In this document: in pieces, positions 57,673 to 64,000 of the stretch | How positions within the stretch are numbered: position 1 is the stretch's first letter | How the letters are laid out: the number at the start of each line of letters is the position of its first letter | Assembly (NCBI GenBank): GCA_005888315.1 | Contig: VAWH01000022.1 | Location: forward strand, 869 to 64,868 | DNA length: 64,000 nt | From: Actinomycetota bacterium | GTDB taxonomy: Bacteria > Actinomycetota > Thermoleophilia > Gaiellales > Gaiellaceae | Direction: 5' to 3' | Made by a program: the position numbers and the translations under genes | The notes under the pieces: model-generated | What the model was told of the DNA's origin: nothing | Database searches by the model: none | Seen by the model: the letters and a program-made list of their open reading frames with translations, nothing else

Positions 57673-58062
57673 ATGGCCGTGGTCGAGCGTCAGGAAATCC
57701 GAGTCCTACTGGCAGATGACGACCGGGTTTTCCTGGACGCTCTGCGCGAACTGATCGACCGCCAGCCCGAATTGGGCGTGGTGGGTCTCGCGGCGAACGG
57801 GCTCGAGGCAATCGAGCAAGCGGACGAGCTCGACCCGGACGCGGTCGTGATCGACGTCCATATGCCGCTCCTCGACGGCGTCACCGCCGTCGCCCACCTG
57901 CGCCAGCACCATCCCACCCTCTGCGTGATCGCGCTGACGGGCGACGAGGCGCCAAAGCTGCACGAGGCGGTCAAGGAAGCGGGCGCCGACGGCGTCCTGA
58001 TGAAGAGCGAGCTCGTGGACGTGCTGGTCGAGCGGTTGGCCGGGCTCCGGCCGTCCGGCTGA
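57673..58062 (+). CDS. Stand-alone response-regulator receiver domain (CheY-like)
   Basis: The ATG at 57673 gives MAVVERQEIRVLLADDD...VVIDVHMPLLDG...ALTG...K. No output domain and no adjacent kinase. Confidence 0.85.
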   Translation: MAVVERQEIRVLLADDDRVFLDALRELIDRQPELGVVGLAANGLEAIEQADELDPDAVVIDVHMPLLDGVTAVAHLRQHHPTLCVIALTGDEAPKLHEAVKEAGADGVLMKSELVDVLVERLAGLRPSG

Positions 58063-58065
58063 GCC

Positions 58066-58177
58066 GCTTCGCGCCCTGCGGGCGCTCGCTTCACGGGGGA
58101 AACCCGGTTTCCCCCGGGCGCCCCCTCGCTGGTGTCCACAAGGGCAGCGAGGCCGGCAAAGCCGGCCTCTCTTGATC
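58066..58177 (+). repeat. REP-type element, family 2, copy A (three hairpins)
   Basis: GCGCCC-TGC-GGGCGC, GGGGGAAAC-CCG-GTTTCCCCC and GAGGCCGGC-AAA-GCCGGCCTC. It starts 3-4 nt after the receiver-domain stop. Confidence 0.75.
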
Positions 58178-58279
58178 GCGACCAGACATTGCGCACGCGG
58201 TCACGGAAGAAGCGGCGTCGCTCGCAAGATGCGCGTCCGAGGCAATATGGCAGCTTTGGCACACTCATCAGTGCTGCCC

Positions 58280-59119
58280 ATGAGCGCACAACGACTGAAG
58301 GGGAAAGTCGCGCTCGTCACCGGCGCCAGCCGCGGCGGCGGCAAGGGCATCGCGCTCGTGCTCGGCGAGCAGGGAGCAACGGTCTACGTCAGCGGTCGCA
58401 GCATCCGCGGCGAGCCGACGACGCTCGGACGTCCCGGCACCATCGATGACACCGCGGAGGAGCTGACCGCCCGCGGCGGCACCGGCATCGCCGTCCGCTG
58501 CGACCACACTGACGACTCGCAGGTGGAGGAGCTCTTCCAGCAGATCCGCACCGATCAGGGGCGGCTCGACCTGCTCGTCAACAACGCCTGGAGCGGCTAC
58601 GAGCTCGCGCCGTCGTACGAGCTCGTCTTCTGGGAGATCGAATGGCGCCACTGGGATCTGATGTTCGACGGTGGCCTCCGCGCGGCGGCATTCGCCTCAA
58701 CGCTCGCGGCGCCGATGATGATCGAGGCGGGGTCGGGGTTGATCGTGAACATCACCTGGGTCCTCGACCGCCCGCATGGCCACGCCTTCTACGAGGTCGT
58801 CAAGAACGCGACCAACAAGCTCACCGAGCAAATGGCCGACGACCTGCGACCTCACGGCATCGCCTGCGTCGCCCTCTCGCCCGGCTTCATGCGGCTCGAA
58901 CGAATGGACCTGACGCCGGAGCTCGCGGCGAAGGCCGAGTCGCCGGAGTTTCCCGGCCGCGCGATCGCGGCACTCGCGTCGGACCCGAATGTGCTCGCGA
59001 AGTCGGGCCGAGTCTTCACGACGCCCGCGCTTGCCCGCGAGTACGGCTTCACGGACGTCGACGGCAAACAGCAGTCCGCCTTCTGGGACGAGCACTGGGC
59101 GGGAACCTGGAACGCATGA
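58280..59119 (+). CDS. SDR family oxidoreductase
   Basis: The ATG at 58280 gives MSAQRLKGKVALVTGASRGGGKGIA (TGxxxGxG). NNAW motif. Confidence 0.85.
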   Translation: MSAQRLKGKVALVTGASRGGGKGIALVLGEQGATVYVSGRSIRGEPTTLGRPGTIDDTAEELTARGGTGIAVRCDHTDDSQVEELFQQIRTDQGRLDLLVNNAWSGYELAPSYELVFWEIEWRHWDLMFDGGLRAAAFASTLAAPMMIEAGSGLIVNITWVLDRPHGHAFYEVVKNATNKLTEQMADDLRPHGIACVALSPGFMRLERMDLTPELAAKAESPEFPGRAIAALASDPNVLAKSGRVFTTPALAREYGFTDVDGKQQSAFWDEHWAGTWNA

Positions 59120-59123
59120 GCAG

Positions 59124-59232
59124 CGTCGCGCCCTGCGGACGCTCGCTTCACGGGGAAACCCGGTTTTCCGAGTGACCCCCCTCGCTGGGGTACATGGGCA
59201 GCGAGGCCGGCAAAGCCGGCCTCTCTTGATCG
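59124..59232 (+). repeat. REP-type element, family 2, copy B
   Basis: It aligns base-for-base with copy A over about 110 nt with scattered substitutions. The last 37 nt (GGGCAGCGAGGCCGGCAAAGCCGGCCTCTCTTGATCG) are identical. It starts 4 nt after the SDR stop. Confidence 0.75.
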
Positions 59233-59244
59233 TTTCTCAAGAGG

Positions 59245-59317
59245 TGGCGAGGGCCGGAATCGAACCGGCGACACCACGGTTTTCAGCCGTGTGCTCTACC
59301 GACTGAGCTACCTCGCC
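59245..59317 (-). tRNA. tRNA-Phe (GAA)
   Basis: The minus strand reads GGCGAGGTAGCTCAGTCGGTAGAGCACACGGCTGAAAACCGTGGTGTCGCCGGTTCGATTCCGGCCCTCGCCA. It folds as a 7/4/5/5 cloverleaf with anticodon loop CTGAAAA and a GTTCGATTC T-loop. CCA is not encoded. Confidence 0.9.
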
Positions 59318-59351
59318 TCGCTGAACGAGTCTAGCGGCGCTCGGACGAAAC

Positions 59352-60134
59352 CTAAGTTGACCAAAGCTGGAGTCCATCTTCCTCGCGCGCTCCGACGCGC
59401 CCTGCAGCGGTGAGGTCCGTGAGGACCGACTCCGCCAACTTGCGGCGCCAGCCGAGCGCGGCGGCGACATCGGCAGCCGAGGCTTCGTCGGTCGCGGCAG
59501 CAACAACGGCGAGTGCTAGCTCGCGTCGCGCCTCGTCCTCTGCGGGAAGGCGACGGAGCAACCGGCGCCAGCGGCGGGCGAAGAGGTCTTGGCGGATCGC
59601 CCGCCAGCCCTGCGACTGCTCGGCCGCGCCCGCGTTCGTGAGCACGAGCCGGCGCTGAAGCCGGCTCACGGCGCGGTCGACGGCCTTCCGATCGCTCGTC
59701 CCGAGCAGGCGTCGTATTTCCCTGCCCGTCAGCGGCTCGTTCTCGAGCACGGCCTCGGCGACCTCCCGCTCGAGCGGCTCGAGCTCGTCCTCGCGGAAGT
59801 CATCGGCTGCGCCCGCGCGCCGGGTCAGCGCGTACGCGGCGGCGAGCAGGCGTGGGGCGACGAGCAGCGCCGCGCTCCGGAAGTGCTTGCCCGCGCACGC
59901 GAGCCGCCGCTCCGGCAGCTCGTCCTTCCACCGCCAGAGGCGGTCGAACTCCGGCGAGAAACCGGTCGGCTTGCCGTTCTCGTCGCGGATCGCCCAGTCG
60001 GCATCGGGGCCGCCGATCTCCGACCACAGCGACGGCAGAACCAGGTCGGCCTGACCCCAGACGACCGCAATCCCGACGTGGTCGACGAACGCTGCGGCCT
60101 CTTCCAGCGAGCGAATCCGTCGTCTCGGTCGCAC
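59352..60134 (-). CDS. Hypothetical protein (possibly winged-helix, YcaQ/AlkZ-like)
   Basis: 260-aa ORF with protein-like composition. It has a weak resemblance to the N-terminal pattern of winged-helix YcaQ proteins. The functional call is tentative. Confidence 0.55.
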   Translation of the reverse strand: MRPRRRIRSLEEAAAFVDHVGIAVVWGQADLVLPSLWSEIGGPDADWAIRDENGKPTGFSPEFDRLWRWKDELPERRLACAGKHFRSAALLVAPRLLAAAYALTRRAGAADDFREDELEPLEREVAEAVLENEPLTGREIRRLLGTSDRKAVDRAVSRLQRRLVLTNAGAAEQSQGWRAIRQDLFARRWRRLLRRLPAEDEARRELALAVVAAATDEASAADVAAALGWRRKLAESVLTDLTAAGRVGAREEDGLQLWST

Positions 60135-60144
60135 GGGAGTAAGG

Positions 60145-60205
60145 CTATTAAGAGAGGCCGGCTTTGCCGGCCTTTCTGCCCTTGCGCTTCCGCGGCCGGC
60201 GAAGC
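60145..60205 (-). repeat. REP-type element, family 2, copy C (short, inverted)
   Basis: The reverse complement reads CGCTTCGCCGGCCGCGGAAGCGCAAGGGCAGAAAGGCCGGCAAAGCCGGCCTCTCTTAATAG. It matches both ends of copies A and B but lacks the middle hairpin. Confidence 0.65.
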
Positions 60206-60263
60206 GAAAAAAGGACGTCCGGGCCGGTGTTGCCGTGCCGCGAACGTCCTTGTAGACGGAATC

Positions 60264-60893
60264 CTAGGCATGCTCCGCCTTTCGGGCAAGAAGCGCGGTG
60301 CCGGGGTCCGTCGAAAACTCCGCAAAATCGGTAAAGCCGCGGCGGCCGAGCTGCTCGCGCAGCCGCTCCGGCGGCACGTAGATCGGCGTGTCGGCCCCGC
60401 CGGAGAAGGCGACGATCAGAGATCCGCCGGGCGCGAGGACGCGCTCGAGCTCGTCGAAGAATGGGATCATGTTGCTGAGCCCGACGAGGTCGAACGACTC
60501 GCCTCCGTAGGGCAGACGTGCGGCGTCGGCAACCTCGAACCGAACCCGCCCGGCCAGGTCGTCCGTCAACTTGCCGCGGGCCTGCGCGATCATCTGCTGA
60601 GCCAGATCCACCCCGATCACCTCGGCTTCCGGAAAACGGTGCGCGATCGCGAACGCGGCGCCGCCGGTGCCCGTGCCGAGGTCGAGCGCCCGCTTCGGCG
60701 GGTCGACCCGTTCGAGCGCCGCCTCGTAGGGGGCGTAGGCGGTGTCCCCTGCGCGAATCGCGTCCCACTGCGGCGCCAGCCGGCCGAACTGGAACCGGGT
60801 CAGTCCCCGTAGCAGGAACCAGAGCCGCGGCCTGCGGACGACGATGTCGGTGGTCAGCCGCGAAAGCCGCCGTGCCAGTGGCTGCAGGTTCAT
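60264..60893 (-). CDS. Class I SAM-dependent methyltransferase
   Basis: Motif I LDLGTGTGGAAFA. Its start overlaps the DUF62 stop by 4 nt. Confidence 0.8.
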   Translation of the reverse strand: MNLQPLARRLSRLTTDIVVRRPRLWFLLRGLTRFQFGRLAPQWDAIRAGDTAYAPYEAALERVDPPKRALDLGTGTGGAAFAIAHRFPEAEVIGVDLAQQMIAQARGKLTDDLAGRVRFEVADAARLPYGGESFDLVGLSNMIPFFDELERVLAPGGSLIVAFSGGADTPIYVPPERLREQLGRRGFTDFAEFSTDPGTALLARKAEHA

Positions 60894-61696
60894 AACGGTT
60901 GAAGTCGGATCCGCACTTCCTGCCCGGGCGCCGCCGCGAAGAGCTCGGCCGCGTTGCCGCCGCTGATCGCGAGGGCGATGTTCCTGTAGGCGTCCTCGTA
61001 GAGGATGACGTCCCCCTTGCGCGCGTCGGCGAAGGTGCGAGCGGCGACGGCGTAGTAGCGGTCGAGGGCGAGCTCGACCTCGACAACGGTGCCCGGCGTG
61101 ACCTCGGCCCGCTGGAGGTGCTCGCGAGTGAGGTTCAGTTGCACGTTGCCGAAGCGGTCGATGTAGAGGACGGTCGCGTGAATGCGATTCTCGCCCACCT
61201 CCGGCTCCGGCAGGTCGAGGCGGGCGAGCGCGTCGGCCGCAAGCGGCGGCCCCAGCGCCTCGAGCGGCACCCCGGCCGCCAGGTGCGCCGCCGCGGGAGC
61301 GAACAGATCGCGGCCATGAAAGGTCCGCGAGACGATGTCGAGTGCGTAGTCGGCGTTGGCGAGCTCGTGGGCCTCCGCGATCCCGCCGAGCCGCTCGGCC
61401 GCCGGTACGAGCAGGCCGTTGTCCGGGCCGACGAAGAACCGTCCGTCGCCGCTTCGCAACGCCAGCGGCCGGCGGGCGCTGCCGACGCCGGGATCGACCA
61501 CGGCGAGGTGGACTCCCTGCGGCATGTACGGCGTCGTGTTCGCGAGCACGAGCGCGCCCTGAAGCACGTGCTGCGGCGCGATCCCGTGCGTCACGTCGAT
61601 GATCTGCACCTCGGGCGCGATCGTCTTGATGACCCCGTGGCAGGTGCCGACGAAGTCGTCTTGCAGACCGAAGTCGCTCAGGAATGTCAGGAACAC
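60890..61696 (-). CDS. SAM hydrolase / SAM-dependent halogenase family protein (DUF62)
   Basis: LTFLSDFGLQDDFVGTCHGVI and AVVDPGVGSARR are hallmark DUF62 / 5'-halo-adenosine synthase family blocks. Confidence 0.85.
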   Translation of the reverse strand: MFLTFLSDFGLQDDFVGTCHGVIKTIAPEVQIIDVTHGIAPQHVLQGALVLANTTPYMPQGVHLAVVDPGVGSARRPLALRSGDGRFFVGPDNGLLVPAAERLGGIAEAHELANADYALDIVSRTFHGRDLFAPAAAHLAAGVPLEALGPPLAADALARLDLPEPEVGENRIHATVLYIDRFGNVQLNLTREHLQRAEVTPGTVVEVELALDRYYAVAARTFADARKGDVILYEDAYRNIALAISGGNAAELFAAAPGQEVRIRLQPL

Positions 61697-61709
61697 GGGG
61701 CCCCCGACT

Positions 61710-62339
61710 CTAAGCGGTCGCCGAGATTACGGCCTCGATCAGTCCGTCGAGATCGTGCGTGGTCGCCTCGCGCACGATGCGCACGCCGGCGGCTTCTGCA
61801 GCGGCGGTCGTCTCCGGTCCGATCGAGACGGCCGGGATCGAGACCCCGAGCTGCGCATACGCACGCGCAGCGGAAGCCGAGGCGAGCACCACGAGGTCGC
61901 CCTCGAGCGGCTGTGTCGGCCGAACGGCCCGCGTTCGGTAGAGCGGGACGAAGTCGGCGTCGAGCTCCTCGATCAGCAGACGGCGTGCATCCTCGGCGCC
62001 GGCGAAGAGCACACGGCCGGCCGGACGCGGAAGCTCCGCCAGGAGGCCTTCCTGAGTGGAGACGACTGCGACGAGATCGACCTGACCTCCCCAGGCCTCG
62101 GCCGTCGCCTTACCGATCGCGGCAACGCGACGTGGCTTGCCTTCGGCGCGCCGGCGCAGCTCCTTTGCACCGGTGATGCTGGTCAGGACGAGCCAATCGT
62201 ACGGCCAGAGGGCGATCGGCCCCGTTTCGATCGGCTCGAGCTTCAGCAGCGGCGCGACGACGACGTCGAAGCCCAGCGACTCGAGCCTGCGCGCGAGCCC
62301 GGCCGAGCGCTCGACCGGCCGCGTCAGGACGACCGTCAC
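61710..62339 (-). CDS. hemD: Uroporphyrinogen-III synthase
   Basis: The GTG at 62339 overlaps the hemC TGA (GTGA). VTVVLTRP....LA..LE..G......PLL... is a HemD-like pattern. Operon context supports the call. Confidence 0.8.
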   Translation of the reverse strand: MTVVLTRPVERSAGLARRLESLGFDVVVAPLLKLEPIETGPIALWPYDWLVLTSITGAKELRRRAEGKPRRVAAIGKATAEAWGGQVDLVAVVSTQEGLLAELPRPAGRVLFAGAEDARRLLIEELDADFVPLYRTRAVRPTQPLEGDLVVLASASAARAYAQLGVSIPAVSIGPETTAAAEAAGVRIVREATTHDLDGLIEAVISATA

Positions 62340-63163
62340 CCCGCGGCGAATTGCGCGAGCTCCCGGGCCAGCTCGGCGGCGTCCTCGCCGCTTCGCCGCT
62401 CGAGCCACGAGCCGTCCTCCGCGGCGACGAGCGCGGTCAGCTTCTCGCCGTCGTGGTGCGCGGCAACAGGTGCGAGGCAACCGCCGCCGACCGCGAAGAC
62501 GCATGCTCGCTCCGCCTCGACACGGCGCCGCGTCTCCGCGTGATCGCCGGCCGCGACGAGCTCTTCCTCACCGGCGCGAACCTGCAAGGCGAGTGCGCCC
62601 TGTCCGGCCTCCGGCAGCAGCTCGTCCGGGTCGAAGCGGCGCCCGATCTCGTCCCCGAGCCCGAGCCGGTCGAGGCCGCAGGCCGCCAGCACGACCGCGT
62701 CCAGGCCGCGCTCGCCGCGCTTGCGCAAACGCGTGTCGATGTTGCCGCGGAGCGGCGCGATCGAGAGCTGGGGCTCGAGCGCCAGCAGCTGCGCCTTGCG
62801 GCGGACCGAGGCAGTCCCGACGCGCATCCCCGGCCGCAGCTCCGAGACGCCGCAGAGCGCGTCGCGCGGATCCTCGCGTTCGAGATAGGCGCCCACGACG
62901 AGCCCATCCGTGTCCGATGAGGTCATGTCCTTGGCGGAGTGGACGGCGACGTCGATCCGCCCCGCGAGCAGCGCCTCCTCGATTTCCTTGACGAAGACGC
63001 CTCGCGCGCCGATCTCGCCGAACGGCTTCGTGCGGTCCTTGTCGCCCGCGGTCGTGATCGGCACGAGCGCGATCTCGACGCCGTCGCGGCGCAGTCGCCC
63101 GGCCGCGAGCTCGGCCTGGGTCAGCGCGAGGCGGCTACCCCGGCTGCCGATCCTCAGGAGCAT
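62336..63163 (-). CDS. hemC: Hydroxymethylbilane synthase (porphobilinogen deaminase)
   Basis: LRIGSRGSRLALTQA, AVHSAKD and RGNIDTRL motifs. Confidence 0.9.
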   Translation of the reverse strand: MLLRIGSRGSRLALTQAELAAGRLRRDGVEIALVPITTAGDKDRTKPFGEIGARGVFVKEIEEALLAGRIDVAVHSAKDMTSSDTDGLVVGAYLEREDPRDALCGVSELRPGMRVGTASVRRKAQLLALEPQLSIAPLRGNIDTRLRKRGERGLDAVVLAACGLDRLGLGDEIGRRFDPDELLPEAGQGALALQVRAGEEELVAAGDHAETRRRVEAERACVFAVGGGCLAPVAAHHDGEKLTALVAAEDGSWLERRSGEDAAELARELAQFAAG

Positions 63164-64000
63164 CGAGACCGAAGAGGTGGCGCACGGCGTCCGCGTAGGT
63201 CGCGCCGTCCGCGCCGGCGGCCGCCTCCTTCAGCCGCACCGTCGGGTCGTGCAGCAACTTGTTGACGATCTGCACCGTGACCGCCTCCACGGCACGCCGC
63301 TCCTCCGGCGAGAGGTCGGCCAACCGCCTGCCGGCCCGTCCGAGCTCCCGAAGCCGAATCTCCTCCGCGCGTCCGCGCAGCGCGGCGATGGCCGGCACGA
63401 CGCCGCGCGAGGCCTGCCAGGCTCGGAAGCGCTCGGCCTCTTCGGCCACGATCGCCTCGGCGCGGGCGGCGGCGCCCTCGACGCTACCGGTACCGACAGC
63501 CTCGTCCAGGTCGTCGACGTCGTAGAGGAACGCGTACGGCAGGGTGCCGATCTCGGGATCGAGGTCGCGGGGGACGGCCAGGTCGATCAGCAGCAGCGGC
63601 CGGCGCTCCCGAGTCGCCAAGGCCGCCTCCACATCGTCACGCGAGACCAGGAAGTTGCGCGAGTTGGTCGAGGCGACGACGACGTCGGCCTCGCCGAGCG
63701 CGTCCCGAATGTCGGCCACCGCGAGTGGCTCTGCATCGAGCCTCCGCGCGACACGGGCCCGCCGTTCCTCGCCGCGATTCGCCACGAAGGCGATCCGGGC
63801 CCCCCTTGCGATCAGCCTGCCGGCGGTTGCCTCGCCGATCTCGCCGGCGCCGATCAGCAGCACCTGCCTGCCGGTCAGGTCGCCGAGGACGCGCTCGGCC
63901 AGGACCGCGGCGGCGGACGCTGCGGACGCTGCAGGGTCGCCGACCGGAGTCTGCGCCCGCACCTTCCGCCCGACGCGCAGCGCCTCGCGGAAGAGCCGGT
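63135..64000 (-). CDS. hemA: Glutamyl-tRNA reductase, C-terminal part. The 5' end lies beyond the right edge of the window.
   Basis: The frame stays open to position 64000 (…ALRVGRKVRAQTPVG…). NADPH domain LLIGAGEIGE. C-terminal dimerisation helix. Confidence 0.9.
   Translation of the reverse strand, partial: RLFREALRVGRKVRAQTPVGDPAASAASAAAVLAERVLGDLTGRQVLLIGAGEIGEATAGRLIARGARIAFVANRGEERRARVARRLDAEPLAVADIRDALGEADVVVASTNSRNFLVSRDDVEAALATRERRPLLLIDLAVPRDLDPEIGTLPYAFLYDVDDLDEAVGTGSVEGAAARAEAIVAEEAERFRAWQASRGVVPAIAALRGRAEEIRLRELGRAGRRLADLSPEERRAVEAVTVQIVNKLLHDPTVRLKEAAAGADGATYADAVRHLFGLDAPEDRQPG

Noticed and set aside
58066-60205. Possibility that the repeated hairpin elements form a CRISPR array.
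   Set aside because: The copies are 1 kb or more apart and separated by ordinary genes. They occur in both orientations, have no regular repeat-spacer periodicity, and no cas genes are present.
59245-60263. Integrated mobile element or genomic island at tRNA-Phe.
   Set aside because: There is no integrase, excisionase or transposase, and I saw no direct repeat of the tRNA 3' end. The flanking repeats look like REP-type elements found elsewhere in the window. I retained only the milder observation, under the family-2 repeat finding.

Overview
This is a gene-dense, high-GC chromosomal segment that looks Actinomycetota-like (Mtb-type class II fumarase, DUF3107, LMW-PTP-type ArsC). Taxonomy cannot be fixed from this window alone. 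Most of it is housekeeping.

**Gene content, left to right**
- 0-11.4 kb: a neighbourhood of secreted proteins. It holds three BNR/Asp-box paralogues, an S8 subtilase, a Tat-signal beta-propeller and a small secreted protein. A TMD-only CDF-like transporter and fumC interrupt it.
- 11.5-13.6 kb: a small zinc-ribbon ORF, a TrxR-type ferredoxin-NADP reductase, a lipoprotein and an IscA/HesB protein.
- 13.7-28.2 kb: a complete, mostly overlapping 14-gene nuoA-N operon (complex I).
- 28.7-40 kb: mixed metabolism. This includes a UPF0173 hydrolase, DUF1028, cupin-TPR, a short Ldh2-like protein, Mrp/ApbC, a MacB-type ABC module, a DUF1015-IMPase-DUF72 operon, an OB/HD nuclease-like protein and an EamA transporter.
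- 40-41.5 kb: arsR-arsC with several unannotated micro-ORFs.
- 41.6-64 kb: ychF, an ECF sigma factor, an MCE-like VOC protein, a short FtsH, nicotinamidase and NAPRTase, DUF1385, a compact TDO-methyltransferase-M20-cupin operon, rarA, osmC, two tandem metallophosphoesterases, a fused EtfB-EtfA, arginase, an orphan receiver domain, an SDR, tRNA-Phe, DUF62 plus a methyltransferase, and hemD-hemC-hemA (hemA runs off the window).

**What I did not find**
I saw no CRISPR array, transposase, integrase, rRNA, or recognisable defence or toxin-antitoxin system.

**Most noteworthy items**
1. A 19-codon ORF with 7 cysteines and a Shine-Dalgarno site, divergent from arsR-arsC.
2. Two related families of structured GC-rich post-stop-codon repeats built around a CCGGC-TTT/AAA-GCCGG hairpin. 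Stem changes between copies are compensatory or G.U.
3. Two copies of an AT-rich 15-21 nt palindrome bracketing a roughly 130 nt segment right after nuoN.
4. A fused EtfB-EtfA polypeptide.
5. A tightly packed tryptophan 2,3-dioxygenase operon with non-canonical partners.
6. Genes whose homology starts at CTG codons in CTGA stop/start overlaps.

**Caveats**
Internal start codons were placed by hand from amino-acid offsets within the supplied ORFs. Coordinates for hairpins, repeats and micro-ORFs may be off by 1-2 nt.
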